Assembly: GCA_036510395.1 (NCBI GenBank)
Contig: DATCDZ010000063.1
Coordinates: forward strand, 1 to 53,224
Direction of reading: 5' to 3'
DNA: 53,224 bases
DNA from: Verrucomicrobiia bacterium
GTDB taxonomy: Bacteria; Verrucomicrobiota; Verrucomicrobiia; Limisphaerales; UBA11358
The notes below the pieces were generated by a model. It saw only the letters and a program-made list of their open reading frames with translations. It had not been told where the DNA came from and did not search any database. Position 1 is the first letter of the stretch, and each line of letters starts with the position of its first letter. This document shows positions 8,738 to 18,334 of the stretch, piece by piece. A program made the position numbers and the translations under genes.

Positions 8738-10210
8738 ATGAATTCTAACGCTCAACAAATTCTTAAGAAAATTTCCATTTCATTTTTGCTGCTGTTGGTG
8801 GGCCAGCTTTCATTTTCAGTCTTTGCGGCGGACATTGCCGGAACTGTGCTTCTTCCCAACGGTCAACCGGCAGCAGGGGCGCAAGTGGCGCTGGCTGTTC
8901 CAAATTATCCGCTTTATTTGCTTCAAGCGAAAATGCAGTTGGGAGGTGGCTCCAAGGACACTCTGGTCTTGGCGGATGAGGGCGGACACTTTTCCCTGCC
9001 GGCAAATGAGAGCGCGTGGGCAATTGTCGCCATGAATGAAACCGGCTGCACACAAGTTGAAAAGATGGATTTTGAGAATGGCTCAACAATCACGCTCCAG
9101 CCATGGGCGCGAATCGAAGGTGTTCTGCGCGTCGGCACCGGAGTTGGCACCAATCAACAAGTGGTGTTGCAGTCAACCGGCGGCGCAAGATTCTCTTTTG
9201 AATTAGAGGCATTCCAAGACTGGACTGATCGCGATGGTAAATTCGTCTTCACTTGCGTGCCGGCTGGCAATTGGATTATCTCGCACTCGGGCGAGATAAT
9301 CTGGTCAGGCGCGAATGTTACCGTGAAGGCCGGAGAAACTAATCGTGTCACCATCGGCGGCACAGGGCGTCCGGTCATTGGCAGATTGCAGATTCCCGCG
9401 ACCGTGACAAACTCGCCCAACTTTGCGTCTCTTCCTCCTAGTCGCCCGTATGTAAAATCTTCAGATTCAGCGACGAACAGGTCGTTTAATTACCAAGTAG
9501 AATCAACCCTTTATGGCACCAATCGCCAGATTAATGCAAAGATGAATCTCGACGGGACATTTCGCGTGGAAGATGTCACGCCGGGGAAGTGGTGGCTTCT
9601 GTCTGACATCTTGAGTTTCCCTGCTCAGGGTGAGAGCGCAACAACCGTGGCCACGGCTGGCAAAGAATTTATCGTTCCTGAAATGTCCGGTGGTCGCAGT
9701 GACGAGCCTCTGGACCTGGGAACGGTGGAACTACCAATGATTCATTCCCCGCAAGTTGGCGAAGCGGCTCCACCGCTCGAAGTGAAGACCACGGACGGCA
9801 AAACCTTCAATCTTTCCGACCATCGTGGACAATATGTGTTGTTGGACTTCGAGCTTATGGATTTGGGGTTTGGCAAAACAAACCAATCGGTTCAGTCAGC
9901 GTGGGATGCGTTCGGAAAAAATGGCCATCTGGCGATGCTGACTTTGCAGGTGCCATATTTGTCTGGAATGACGGTCTATTTAATCGGCCACGAACCTCAA
10001 TATTCATGGCCACAGGCAAAATTACATGAAGTGCCGTGGTATGAATCGAAGCCGTTGCGCGCCAGTTACGGTCTCCAGACGGATCGTGTTGAAATGGACA
10101 CTAATCTCCCGGCCATTTTTCTGGTCGGCCCGGACGGAAAAATTGTCGCCAAGGGCTTGCGTGGGGATGCCATCAAAGCCGCCGTTGCCGTGGCACTGAA
10201 GAATAAGTAA
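8738..10210 (+). CDS. Secreted protein with carboxypeptidase-regulatory-like beta-sandwich repeats and a C-terminal TlpA/redoxin-like domain that lacks the CxxC motif
   Basis: Signal peptide 'ISISFLLLLVGQLSFSVFA'. 'IAGTVLLPNGQPAAGAQVAL' has a CarboxypepD_reg-like signature. The C-terminus 'GEAAPPLEVKTTDGKTFNLSDHRGQYVLLDFELMDLGFG' matches the redoxin entry strand, but 'ELMDLGFG' occupies the position where 'WATWCGPC' is expected. Confidence 0.6.
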   Translation: MNSNAQQILKKISISFLLLLVGQLSFSVFAADIAGTVLLPNGQPAAGAQVALAVPNYPLYLLQAKMQLGGGSKDTLVLADEGGHFSLPANESAWAIVAMNETGCTQVEKMDFENGSTITLQPWARIEGVLRVGTGVGTNQQVVLQSTGGARFSFELEAFQDWTDRDGKFVFTCVPAGNWIISHSGEIIWSGANVTVKAGETNRVTIGGTGRPVIGRLQIPATVTNSPNFASLPPSRPYVKSSDSATNRSFNYQVESTLYGTNRQINAKMNLDGTFRVEDVTPGKWWLLSDILSFPAQGESATTVATAGKEFIVPEMSGGRSDEPLDLGTVELPMIHSPQVGEAAPPLEVKTTDGKTFNLSDHRGQYVLLDFELMDLGFGKTNQSVQSAWDAFGKNGHLAMLTLQVPYLSGMTVYLIGHEPQYSWPQAKLHEVPWYESKPLRASYGLQTDRVEMDTNLPAIFLVGPDGKIVAKGLRGDAIKAAVAVALKNK

Positions 10211-10299
10211 CACAACGAACGTCACAACTTTTTTACAAACCTTTGACCCGCGCCTGACAGCTTGCGGTCGTTGCGACTGCTAAAAGAACAGATTGAATT

Positions 10300-13200
10300 A
10301 TGAAAACAAAAATCGCCGGCTTATTTTCCGTAGCGCAGAATTGCATTCTGCCGTATCGCAGATTTTTAATCTGCGGCACGGCCGGACTTCAAAAGCGGTT
10401 TGGAATGTTGGATGCCGTGCCGGATGCAATCCGGCGATACGGCAGATTGAAAATCTGCGCTACGCTTTGCGCGCTGGCGTTCCTCGCCACCTCGTGCAGC
10501 ACCATGACGCCAACGCAGTCGCGGAACGTGCCGGTCGGTGGCACCGCGGTGTCGGATTTCAAACTCGTGGGCGATCTGGGCAGTAATGACATCGCGGCGT
10601 TCACGCTCACGGCCAATGTGCGTGTGGAAAATCCATCGGGCGGCTCGCTCGAACTGCTGGCCGGCCCGGTCGCGCTCACAGCCATCGGCGCACATCCGAA
10701 TTGGCAGATTCAGGCAAGCGACAACAAATTCATCGCGACATTTGATCACGGCGGCGTTTTTCCCATTCAGATAAAATTCAACGCCGCCGTCGGGAAGAAT
10801 GACGGCTGGAGCGCGGTCAATTTTCGCGTTGCGCCGGGCATCTTGCAACCCATCGTGCTGCAAGGCCTGCCGGCGGACACGCAATTTCAGTTCGCCAACG
10901 CCGCGCGACCGGAACGCAGCGGCACAAACTTCACGAGCTTTCTGCAAGTGGACGGCGCGGTGAAATTTTCGTGGAAACAGGCGCGCCCCGAAGCCGAGGG
11001 GAAACTTTTTTACGCCGCCGAAATGGAATCGCAGATCAGCATCAGCCCCGGACTCATGAGCCAGACGGCTCTGCTCGACGGAAAAGTGATGCAGGGCGAA
11101 ATGAATCAAATCACGTTGCGATTGCACGGCGACGGCGAAGTGACGCGCGTGGCGGGCGACGAGGTGCTGGCGTGGAACGTCCTGCCGGCGACGAATTCCG
11201 CCGACCGCCTGCTGGTCGTGCAGTTCAACCAGCCGCAGAAGAACGCTTTTGAAATCCAAGTGCAAATGCAAACTCCGCTCGGCGCGTTTCCGCAGTCGGC
11301 GGACGCGATGCAAATCCAGCCGGAAGGCGCAACGCGGTTCGCCGGGCATTTCCGCGTCGTGAACGACGGCGCGGTGCGGCTGGAAGTGTTGCAGGCGAGC
11401 GGGCTTTCGCAGATTTCGCCGGAACAATTTCCCGAGAGCGACGCCGCGCGCGCGGCGTTTCGCGTGACGGGCAGCCAGCGTTTTGCGTATCAATTTTCCA
11501 GCCCGGATTTCGCGCTGAAAATCCAGGCGGACCAAATTTTGCCGGAAGTCTCGGTCTCGCAACTGCTCGCCTATAATCTCGGCGACAGCGAACTCGCGAT
11601 TGACGCGGAGATCGAACTCGACATCCGCGACGCACCGTTGCGCGAAGTGGTGCTGAATGTTCCCAAGGGCTACGCCGTCGCGAGCCTCAATGCCTCGGGC
11701 ATGAGCGATTATTTTTTGCGCGACGGCGAACCGGATTCCGAATTGCGGATCGTTTATGGCCAGCCGGTTTCCGACCGCCAAGTGATCCAACTCCGGCTCG
11801 AACGCAATCAAGCGCTCGGTGAAACGAATTGGACTTTGCCGCGCATTGAAGTGGCGAAGGCAAAATCCACGCGCGGATTCGTCGCGGTGTCGGCGGATGC
11901 GGGTTTTCGTTTGACGGCGGAACACACGCAGTCATTGACCGAAACATCGACGGCATTTTTCCCGCGCAAGGTTGCCGGAATTCAAACGGCGTTTCGTTTG
12001 AGCGACGCCGACTGGCGCGCGACGCTGCGCGCGGAACGTCTGCCGCAGACCGTTTCGGCGGATGTGTTCCATTTATTTTCCATCGGCGAAGGCATCGCGT
12101 ATGGCAGCAGCGTAATGAATTATGTCGTGAGCGGCGCGCCGATGGCGGCGTTCCGCGTGGAATTGTCGGATGAATATTTCAACGTCGAGTTCACCGGCAA
12201 GGACATTCGCGGCTGGCAGAAAACTACGAACGGCTATCTTGTGCAATTAAATACGCCGGTGGCCGGCGCTTACACGCTGCTCGCAACTTACGAGCGGCCG
12301 TTCAAACCGGCGGGCGAGACGCTCGCGTTCACCGGCGCGCGCCCGCTCGACGCGCAATCCGAGCAGGGCCACACCATCATCATCAGCGCGTATCAATTTC
12401 AAGTGAAGGCCGTGGATGTCTCGCCTGGACTGCTCGCGCTGGAACCGGCGGAAGTGCCGTCGGAATACCGGCTCTTTTTCGACGCGCCAATTCTCGCGGC
12501 GTATCAGTATTCGACGCGGCCGTTCGATTTGAAACTCGCATTGAGTCCGCTCGCGCAGGGTAATTCGCTCAATCAAGTCGTGGACCGCGCGGCGCTCGAC
12601 ACGCGCATCTCGAAGGAAGGCCAGGTGCTGACCGACGCGAGCTACTTCGTGAAAAACCGCGGCAACCCGAATTTCCGGCTGACGCTGCCGCACGGAACGG
12701 ATTTGTGGTCGGCCACGGTCAACGGCGCGGCGGTCGTGCCGGTGATTGACGGAACGAATGATTTGATTCCGTTGCCGCAGCGCGCCGACCCCGACGCCGT
12801 GCTGATGATTGATTTGAAACTGGCCGCGACCAATTCAGACAGCGCCACGCGCGCGACTATCGCCGCGCCCGTCGTGGCCGCGCCGGTGATGCTCGCGCAA
12901 TGGAAGATTGAACCGGACGAAGGCCAGCGCCTTGATTATCTCAAAGGTTCGCTCACGCCGGTCGGCGGCGTGACTGACGTTTCAGGTTTCGCGCAACTGG
13001 CGCGGTTATTCAGCGGAGACGAAAGCGGACGCGCGGTGGTTTCGCTTTTTGCGGCGCTGGTATTGATGCTGCTGGCGATGCTGGTGTGGCGTTGGACGGT
13101 TCGTGAAGGCGTCCACAAATTCAGCGCACAGCATATTTTTGGGGCGATGATCGGGCTGGCGGCGATTGTGCTGGCGGCTTTTGTCTTCGCAAATCTTATG

Positions 13201-16200
13201 GACGGAGCAGGCCTTGAAAAAAGTTCCGCGCCGCGCGACGTCACGTTCCTCGCGCCCGTGCAACAGTCCGGCGACGCGTTGACTGTGGAAGTGGCGAATG
13301 TTTCCGAGACGGCTTCGACGGTTGGATATGCCGCGCCGATTTTGCTTTTGGTGCCGGCATTGATTGTTTTGGTCATCGGCTGGATTAAACAAAATTCTTT
13401 GGCGCGAATTCTTGGCTGGATCCTGCTTGCGTGGGCGGCCTTGCGCTGGCAGAACGGCGCGGCGGCGTTTTTTGCCGTGATCGCCGCGTTTCTATTTTTG
13501 CAAGTTTTGATTCCGGCGCTGAAACAATTGTGGCAGTTGCCGGAAAAATCAAAGTCCGAATTGCCGCCGCCGGAAAGCGGTGCGCCGCGCGCCGTCGCGT
13601 CGCTGATCGGTTTGCTGCTGCTTGGCGGCGCGATGGCCGGGCATTGCGAAAGCGCACTGGCGCCCGCCGAGTCCGTCACGCAGCAAATTCGCATCGAAGA
13701 CCAGTTCGCGCTGGCGACGGCGAAAATCCGCTGGCAGGCGGAGAAAGGCCAGGTGCTGCCGCTGCTGTTCGAGCCAGCGGTGATGACCAAAGTTACTTAT
13801 CCGGCGAGCGCGCTGAAACTTGTCCAGGATTCCGATGGTTCAAAACGCGCGCAGCAATTGATCGCACAAAGCAGCGGCACGTTCGACATCGAGGTGCAAT
13901 ATCAAATCCAGGTGACGAAGCTCGACAATCAGAGCGGCTTCACGCTGCCGGTGCCGTCCGGGGTTATCAATCAATTGAATCTCACGCTCGTGAATCTGGA
14001 CGTGGACGTTTTTTCGCCGCAAGCCATTTCCGTGCAGCGCACCACGAGCGGCGCGAACACCGTTGCGACGCTTGTGCTGGCGCCGGGAAATAATACCTGG
14101 ATCAGTTGGCAGCCGCGCAGCCGCGACGTGAAAAATGAGAAGCCGGTTTTTTACGCGGACATTTCGCAGCTTTATGTGCCGTCGGCGGGTGTGATTGAAG
14201 GCGCGCATTTTGTTTCCATCCGTCCGGCGCAAGGCGAATTGAACGAATTGATTTTCAACGTGCCAGCGGGGGCAACGATCACGGATGTCACCAGCGGCGA
14301 ACATATTTCCCCGGCGGATGGAAATTTACAACCGAACTTCCATTACGGACGGATCGTCTCGCTGTGGCGGTTTGATCCCGACACGCGCAAACTTCGCGTG
14401 ACTTTGAACCCGCCGCAATCACGGACGTTCGCAATCGTCATTCGGTCGCAAGTGGCGACTGGAACTTTGCCATTCGAGCAGCGCGTCGGATTGATTTCAG
14501 TTGAAGGCGCGGCGGGACAAATCGGCTTGCTTGGGGTCGCCACGGGAAATGAAGTTCAACTCGACGCCGTTGGCGCTGAAAAATTTTCGGCGATCAACCT
14601 GGAAGATTTTCCGAACGGAGCCGCGTCGGTGCTCGCGGCGCAATTTCCGGGACTGACTGTGCGACGCGCATTTCGTTATTCCGATTCGCAGGCGACGGTG
14701 TTGCTCAAAGCGTCGCCAGTCGAGCCGGACGTGCGCGTCGAGACGCAGGACACGCTTTCGCTCGGCGAAGACCGCACGGTGCTGGCCTCGGCCGCGAACG
14801 TCAACATCACGCGCGCGGGAATTTTCAAATTAAGTTTCGTGATGCCGCCGGGCTTTGACGTGGACACCATCAGCGGCGCGGCATTGAGCCAGTGGACAGA
14901 ATTGAAAACCGGCGCGGGCCGCATCATCACTTTGAACCTGTCCGGCGAGACGGAGGGCGAACAGCAATTCAACATCAGCCTGTCCGGGCCGGGCGTGAAG
15001 GCGACGAATGAATGGATTGTCCCGCAAATAATTTTGCGCGAGGCCGGCAAGCAGCGCGGGACTTTGCTCGTCGTGCCGGAACAGGGAATGCGTTTGCAGG
15101 CCGCGACGCTCGACGGTGTGTCGCAGCTTGACCCGCAAAAATCCGGCATCAGCCAGCCGGGCGTGCTGGCGTTCCGCGTGTCGCAGTCGCCGTGGAACCT
15201 CGCGCTGGACATCGAGCAGGTGGATCCGTGGGTTCAAGTGACGAGCCTGCAGAACGCGACCGTCAACGAGGCACAGGTGAAAATCGCCGCGAACCTGCAA
15301 TATCAAATTGAGAACGCCGGGCTGAAGGCGTTTCACGTTTTGATTCCGGCCAACGCATTGAGCGTGAATTTTCAGGGCGACCAGGTCGCCGGCTTTCAAC
15401 AGGTTGAAGGCGCGGTGACGAACGGTTTGCAGGAATGGGAAATCAAATTGCAGCGGCGCGTCATCGGCCAGTATCTGCTGCAACTGGCTTATCAAACGCT
15501 CATGCCCGACCAGTCGCCGGAAATCGTTTTGCGCGGCGTGCAGGCGGCGGACGTGAACACGCAGCGCGGCTTCGTGACCGTGCAATCCGGCGGACGGCTG
15601 CAATTGCGCGCGGACGACACGCCCGCGTCGCTTCAGCCCGCCGAATGGCAGGGCATCCCGCGCGCGTTGCAGCAGGATTTGCAGACGGTGTCGGCCGGTT
15701 TCGCATATCGCCTCGTCGAGCCAGATTTTCAACTGCCGCTAAAACTTGAGCGCCACGAGGCCGTGAAGCTTCTGCCCGCGCGCGTCAACAACATCACGTT
15801 CACGTCCGTGATTTCCGACACGGGCGTCATGCTGACGCAAGTGCGGCTGGAAATTCTGCCCGGCGACAAGCGCCTGCTGCATCTCACGCTGCCGAAAAAC
15901 GTGGACGCAAAATACTGGTTCGCGTTTGTGAACCAGAACGGCGTCTGGCCGTGGCGCGAAGGCGACGACATTTTAATCCCGCTCGAAGAACAGTCGCGCG
16001 GCAACCAGGCCATTCCGGTGGAAATATTTTTCAGCAGCGACGCCGGCAAGGCGGGCGCAGGCGCGCTCGATCTGGATTTGCTCGCGCCGAAATTTGACCT
16101 GCCGCTGGAAGACATCACCTGGCGCGTGTTCCTCAACGACAAGTGGCAGGTGAAAAAATGGAGCGGCACGCTGCAATTGCAGCAGCAGGAAATTGTTTCC

Positions 16201-16863
16201 ACGCCGGAGGCGATTGACCTTCAAAGTTATCTGGCGAGCGAATCCAGTTTGTGGCAGAAAAAAACGCAGGAAGCCGAACAAATGCTCGCGCTCGGAAATT
16301 CCGCGCTGCAAAACGGCGACCCGCAGCAGGCGCGGCGCGCGTTCCAGTCCGCCTGCGGGTTGTCGCGCAACGACGCCGCGTTCAACGAGGACGCGAGGGT
16401 GGAACTGAACAATTTGAAAGTCCAGCAGGCGTTGGTGGGATTGAGCGCGCGCCAGTCCGCCGTGAACGGCGACAACGACGCGCTCGGCAGGAAGTTCCGC
16501 GACCTGCGGAACAGCAAGAACAACAATTACACGCAGCAGGATGCCCAGCAGATCATTGACAGCAACAGCGCCGACGATAACGCGGCGTTCATGAAGCTGG
16601 CCGACAAGCTCGTCAGGCAGCAAGGCTACGCCGTGAGCAGCCCCGCCGTCATCCGCGCGAACATTCCCGAACAAGGCCGCCTGCTTACATTTAAGCGCTC
16701 GGTGGACGTGGATGAAGAGGCGGATTTGAACATCGGATTGCAAGTGTCCGCCGCCAAAGCCGCGTCGCAGAGCGTGCGTTTCTTCGTGTTGGCGATGACC
16801 GCGCTGGTGCTGGGCGGGTTCGGTCTGCTCGCGCGGGGATTTCGCGGCCAAAAATTTTCATAA
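10300..16863 (+). CDS. Giant (2,187-aa ORF) polytopic envelope protein of unrecognised family; lipoprotein-type signal peptide interrupted by a repeat element; alternative start ATG at 10405
   Basis: One uninterrupted ORF. It has two roughly 850-aa beta-rich halves, each ending in 'LTLP...VNG..V.P...G.D.LIPL'. Six hydrophobic helices (about 13030-13640) separate the halves. A TPR-like segment and a final TM helix ('FFVLAMTALVLGGFGLLA') lie at the C-terminus. Confidence 0.75.
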   Translation: MKTKIAGLFSVAQNCILPYRRFLICGTAGLQKRFGMLDAVPDAIRRYGRLKICATLCALAFLATSCSTMTPTQSRNVPVGGTAVSDFKLVGDLGSNDIAAFTLTANVRVENPSGGSLELLAGPVALTAIGAHPNWQIQASDNKFIATFDHGGVFPIQIKFNAAVGKNDGWSAVNFRVAPGILQPIVLQGLPADTQFQFANAARPERSGTNFTSFLQVDGAVKFSWKQARPEAEGKLFYAAEMESQISISPGLMSQTALLDGKVMQGEMNQITLRLHGDGEVTRVAGDEVLAWNVLPATNSADRLLVVQFNQPQKNAFEIQVQMQTPLGAFPQSADAMQIQPEGATRFAGHFRVVNDGAVRLEVLQASGLSQISPEQFPESDAARAAFRVTGSQRFAYQFSSPDFALKIQADQILPEVSVSQLLAYNLGDSELAIDAEIELDIRDAPLREVVLNVPKGYAVASLNASGMSDYFLRDGEPDSELRIVYGQPVSDRQVIQLRLERNQALGETNWTLPRIEVAKAKSTRGFVAVSADAGFRLTAEHTQSLTETSTAFFPRKVAGIQTAFRLSDADWRATLRAERLPQTVSADVFHLFSIGEGIAYGSSVMNYVVSGAPMAAFRVELSDEYFNVEFTGKDIRGWQKTTNGYLVQLNTPVAGAYTLLATYERPFKPAGETLAFTGARPLDAQSEQGHTIIISAYQFQVKAVDVSPGLLALEPAEVPSEYRLFFDAPILAAYQYSTRPFDLKLALSPLAQGNSLNQVVDRAALDTRISKEGQVLTDASYFVKNRGNPNFRLTLPHGTDLWSATVNGAAVVPVIDGTNDLIPLPQRADPDAVLMIDLKLAATNSDSATRATIAAPVVAAPVMLAQWKIEPDEGQRLDYLKGSLTPVGGVTDVSGFAQLARLFSGDESGRAVVSLFAALVLMLLAMLVWRWTVREGVHKFSAQHIFGAMIGLAAIVLAAFVFANLMDGAGLEKSSAPRDVTFLAPVQQSGDALTVEVANVSETASTVGYAAPILLLVPALIVLVIGWIKQNSLARILGWILLAWAALRWQNGAAAFFAVIAAFLFLQVLIPALKQLWQLPEKSKSELPPPESGAPRAVASLIGLLLLGGAMAGHCESALAPAESVTQQIRIEDQFALATAKIRWQAEKGQVLPLLFEPAVMTKVTYPASALKLVQDSDGSKRAQQLIAQSSGTFDIEVQYQIQVTKLDNQSGFTLPVPSGVINQLNLTLVNLDVDVFSPQAISVQRTTSGANTVATLVLAPGNNTWISWQPRSRDVKNEKPVFYADISQLYVPSAGVIEGAHFVSIRPAQGELNELIFNVPAGATITDVTSGEHISPADGNLQPNFHYGRIVSLWRFDPDTRKLRVTLNPPQSRTFAIVIRSQVATGTLPFEQRVGLISVEGAAGQIGLLGVATGNEVQLDAVGAEKFSAINLEDFPNGAASVLAAQFPGLTVRRAFRYSDSQATVLLKASPVEPDVRVETQDTLSLGEDRTVLASAANVNITRAGIFKLSFVMPPGFDVDTISGAALSQWTELKTGAGRIITLNLSGETEGEQQFNISLSGPGVKATNEWIVPQIILREAGKQRGTLLVVPEQGMRLQAATLDGVSQLDPQKSGISQPGVLAFRVSQSPWNLALDIEQVDPWVQVTSLQNATVNEAQVKIAANLQYQIENAGLKAFHVLIPANALSVNFQGDQVAGFQQVEGAVTNGLQEWEIKLQRRVIGQYLLQLAYQTLMPDQSPEIVLRGVQAADVNTQRGFVTVQSGGRLQLRADDTPASLQPAEWQGIPRALQQDLQTVSAGFAYRLVEPDFQLPLKLERHEAVKLLPARVNNITFTSVISDTGVMLTQVRLEILPGDKRLLHLTLPKNVDAKYWFAFVNQNGVWPWREGDDILIPLEEQSRGNQAIPVEIFFSSDAGKAGAGALDLDLLAPKFDLPLEDITWRVFLNDKWQVKKWSGTLQLQQQEIVSTPEAIDLQSYLASESSLWQKKTQEAEQMLALGNSALQNGDPQQARRAFQSACGLSRNDAAFNEDARVELNNLKVQQALVGLSARQSAVNGDNDALGRKFRDLRNSKNNNYTQQDAQQIIDSNSADDNAAFMKLADKLVRQQGYAVSSPAVIRANIPEQGRLLTFKRSVDVDEEADLNIGLQVSAAKAASQSVRFFVLAMTALVLGGFGLLARGFRGQKFS
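10329..10464. mobile_element. Family E nested palindromic element (about 135 bp; termini GTAGCGCAG...CTGCGCTAC) inserted in the 5' end of the giant gene
   Basis: The 30-nt terminal arms are 'GTAGCGCAGAATTGCATTCTGCCGTATCGC' and its imperfect complement 'GCGATACGGCAGATTGAAAATCTGCGCTAC'. It contains three GCAGAWT...AWTCTGC mini-hairpins and an inner inverted repeat CTGCGGCACGGC/GCCGTGCCGGA. Confidence 0.8.
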
Positions 16864-18300
16864 ATATGGGGAAAATAATCGCGCGATGGCGTCGCGCAAT
16901 TTTGCAGGAAAAATCCTTGCGTCCACCTCGGCCTTCGTCACTTCGTGTGCGGTGGATATTTTTCCCTCGACGATTTTTTCCATTTCCCGCGCGAATTCGC
17001 GGTTGTAGCACTCGACGTTCAATTCAAAATTCAAACGCAAACTGCGCGCGTCCCAGTTGGCCGAGCCGAGCAAAACCCAGTGGCTGTCCACGATCATCAG
17101 CTTGGAGTGGTCGAATGGCGGCGGCGTGAGCCAGGCGTGGCAGCCGCGTTCGAGCACTTGCCACCACATCGCCCGCGACGCCCAATGCACGGGCGGCAGG
17201 TTGTTTTTGGCGGACAAAATAATATCCACGCGCACGCCGCGCAGTGACGCGAGGTTCAGCGCGGTGATGAGCGCGTTGTCCGGCAAAAAATACGGCGTGA
17301 TGATTTTCACGGAATTCTGCGCCTCGGCGAGCGCGGCCAGCAGCGTCCAGCGCGCATTTTCGAAATCGGCGTCCGGCCCGTCGGGAATGACGCGGGCTAT
17401 GACGTCGCCGGTTTCTTTCAATTCCGAAAACCAGATTTCGCCGTCGAGAATTTCCCCGGTCGTGAACGCCCAGTCGTTGGCGAACACCTCCTGCAATTCG
17501 CCGACCACCGGCCCTTCCACACGGAAATGCAAATCCTGCACCGGGCTTTTCGGCTGGTCGGCAAGCACGTTTCCGTGGCGGATGTTGATGCCGCCGGTGA
17601 ATCCGGTTTGCCCGTCCACGACGAGCGATTTGCGGTGATTGCGGAGATTGATGGTGGCCGCACGCCACGGCGTGAAGATGGACGCAGGCAGAAATTTTGC
17701 GAACGGAATCTGCGTGCGCCGCAATTTCCAGGTGATGGGCGGGAACGAATAGCGCGTGCCGGCAGAATCAACCAGCACACGCACGGCCACTCCGCGTTGG
17801 ACGGCGCGTTCGAGCGCGGATACAAATTTTGCCCCGCTCGCGTCGTTGTCGAAAATATAGGTGCAGAGCGTGACGGATTTTTTCGCGGCTTCAATCGCGG
17901 CGAGCATGGCGGGAAACGCGGCGTCGCCGTTGACGAGCGGTTCTATTTTATTTCCCGCCGTGAGCGGCTGATTGGCAACGCGGTTGACGACGCGGGCGAT
18001 GTGCTTGAGATGTTCCGCGCCGTCGTGTTCCGGTTCGCCGAGATTTTCAGGAACGGCGCGGCTGAAGGTTTTATGCACGCCGAGTTCGACGGCGCGGCGG
18101 CGGATGCGGTTGACGCCGAGCGAAAGATAAAGAATCGCGCCGAGAACCGGCACAAACCAGATGATGCCCAGCCAGAGCGTGGCGGCGCGCGAATCGCGCT
18201 TGTTAAGCAACGCGTGAACGGAAGCGAGCAGCGCGGCAAGAAAACCAAAGCCCGCAGCCAGATGCGGCCAGAACTTGGAAAGTTTATCAAGCCAGTCCAT
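16858..18300 (-). CDS. cls: Cardiolipin synthase (PLD superfamily, two HKD motifs)
   Basis: '[19 protein letters not shown]' and '[20 protein letters not shown]', plus two N-terminal TM helices. The ATG at 18300 is preferred; the track start at 18336 is a TTG. Confidence 0.9.
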   Translation of the reverse strand: MDWLDKLSKFWPHLAAGFGFLAALLASVHALLNKRDSRAATLWLGIIWFVPVLGAILYLSLGVNRIRRRAVELGVHKTFSRAVPENLGEPEHDGAEHLKHIARVVNRVANQPLTAGNKIEPLVNGDAAFPAMLAAIEAAKKSVTLCTYIFDNDASGAKFVSALERAVQRGVAVRVLVDSAGTRYSFPPITWKLRRTQIPFAKFLPASIFTPWRAATINLRNHRKSLVVDGQTGFTGGINIRHGNVLADQPKSPVQDLHFRVEGPVVGELQEVFANDWAFTTGEILDGEIWFSELKETGDVIARVIPDGPDADFENARWTLLAALAEAQNSVKIITPYFLPDNALITALNLASLRGVRVDIILSAKNNLPPVHWASRAMWWQVLERGCHAWLTPPPFDHSKLMIVDSHWVLLGSANWDARSLRLNFELNVECYNREFAREMEKIVEGKISTAHEVTKAEVDARIFPAKLRDAIARLFSPYL

Positions 18301-18334
18301 CGCGCACAGTTTCGGCTGAAAATCCGTTGTGCGC

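Noticed and set aside
7310-8758. 482-aa minus-strand ORF, together with the 315-aa plus-strand ORF at 7801-8748, overlapping the vWA region
   Set aside because: Both overlap the frame that carries the MIDAS and DUF3520 motifs. Their products are Arg/Gly/His-rich, with no domain signature, so I treat them as shadow ORFs.
10366-11925. 519-aa minus-strand ORF, plus other long antisense ORFs (12936-13790, 14830-15732, 15973-16851) inside the giant gene
   Set aside because: They are all antisense or out of frame relative to one continuous 2,187-codon ORF. Their composition is Arg-rich and repetitive, and none has a credible start context.
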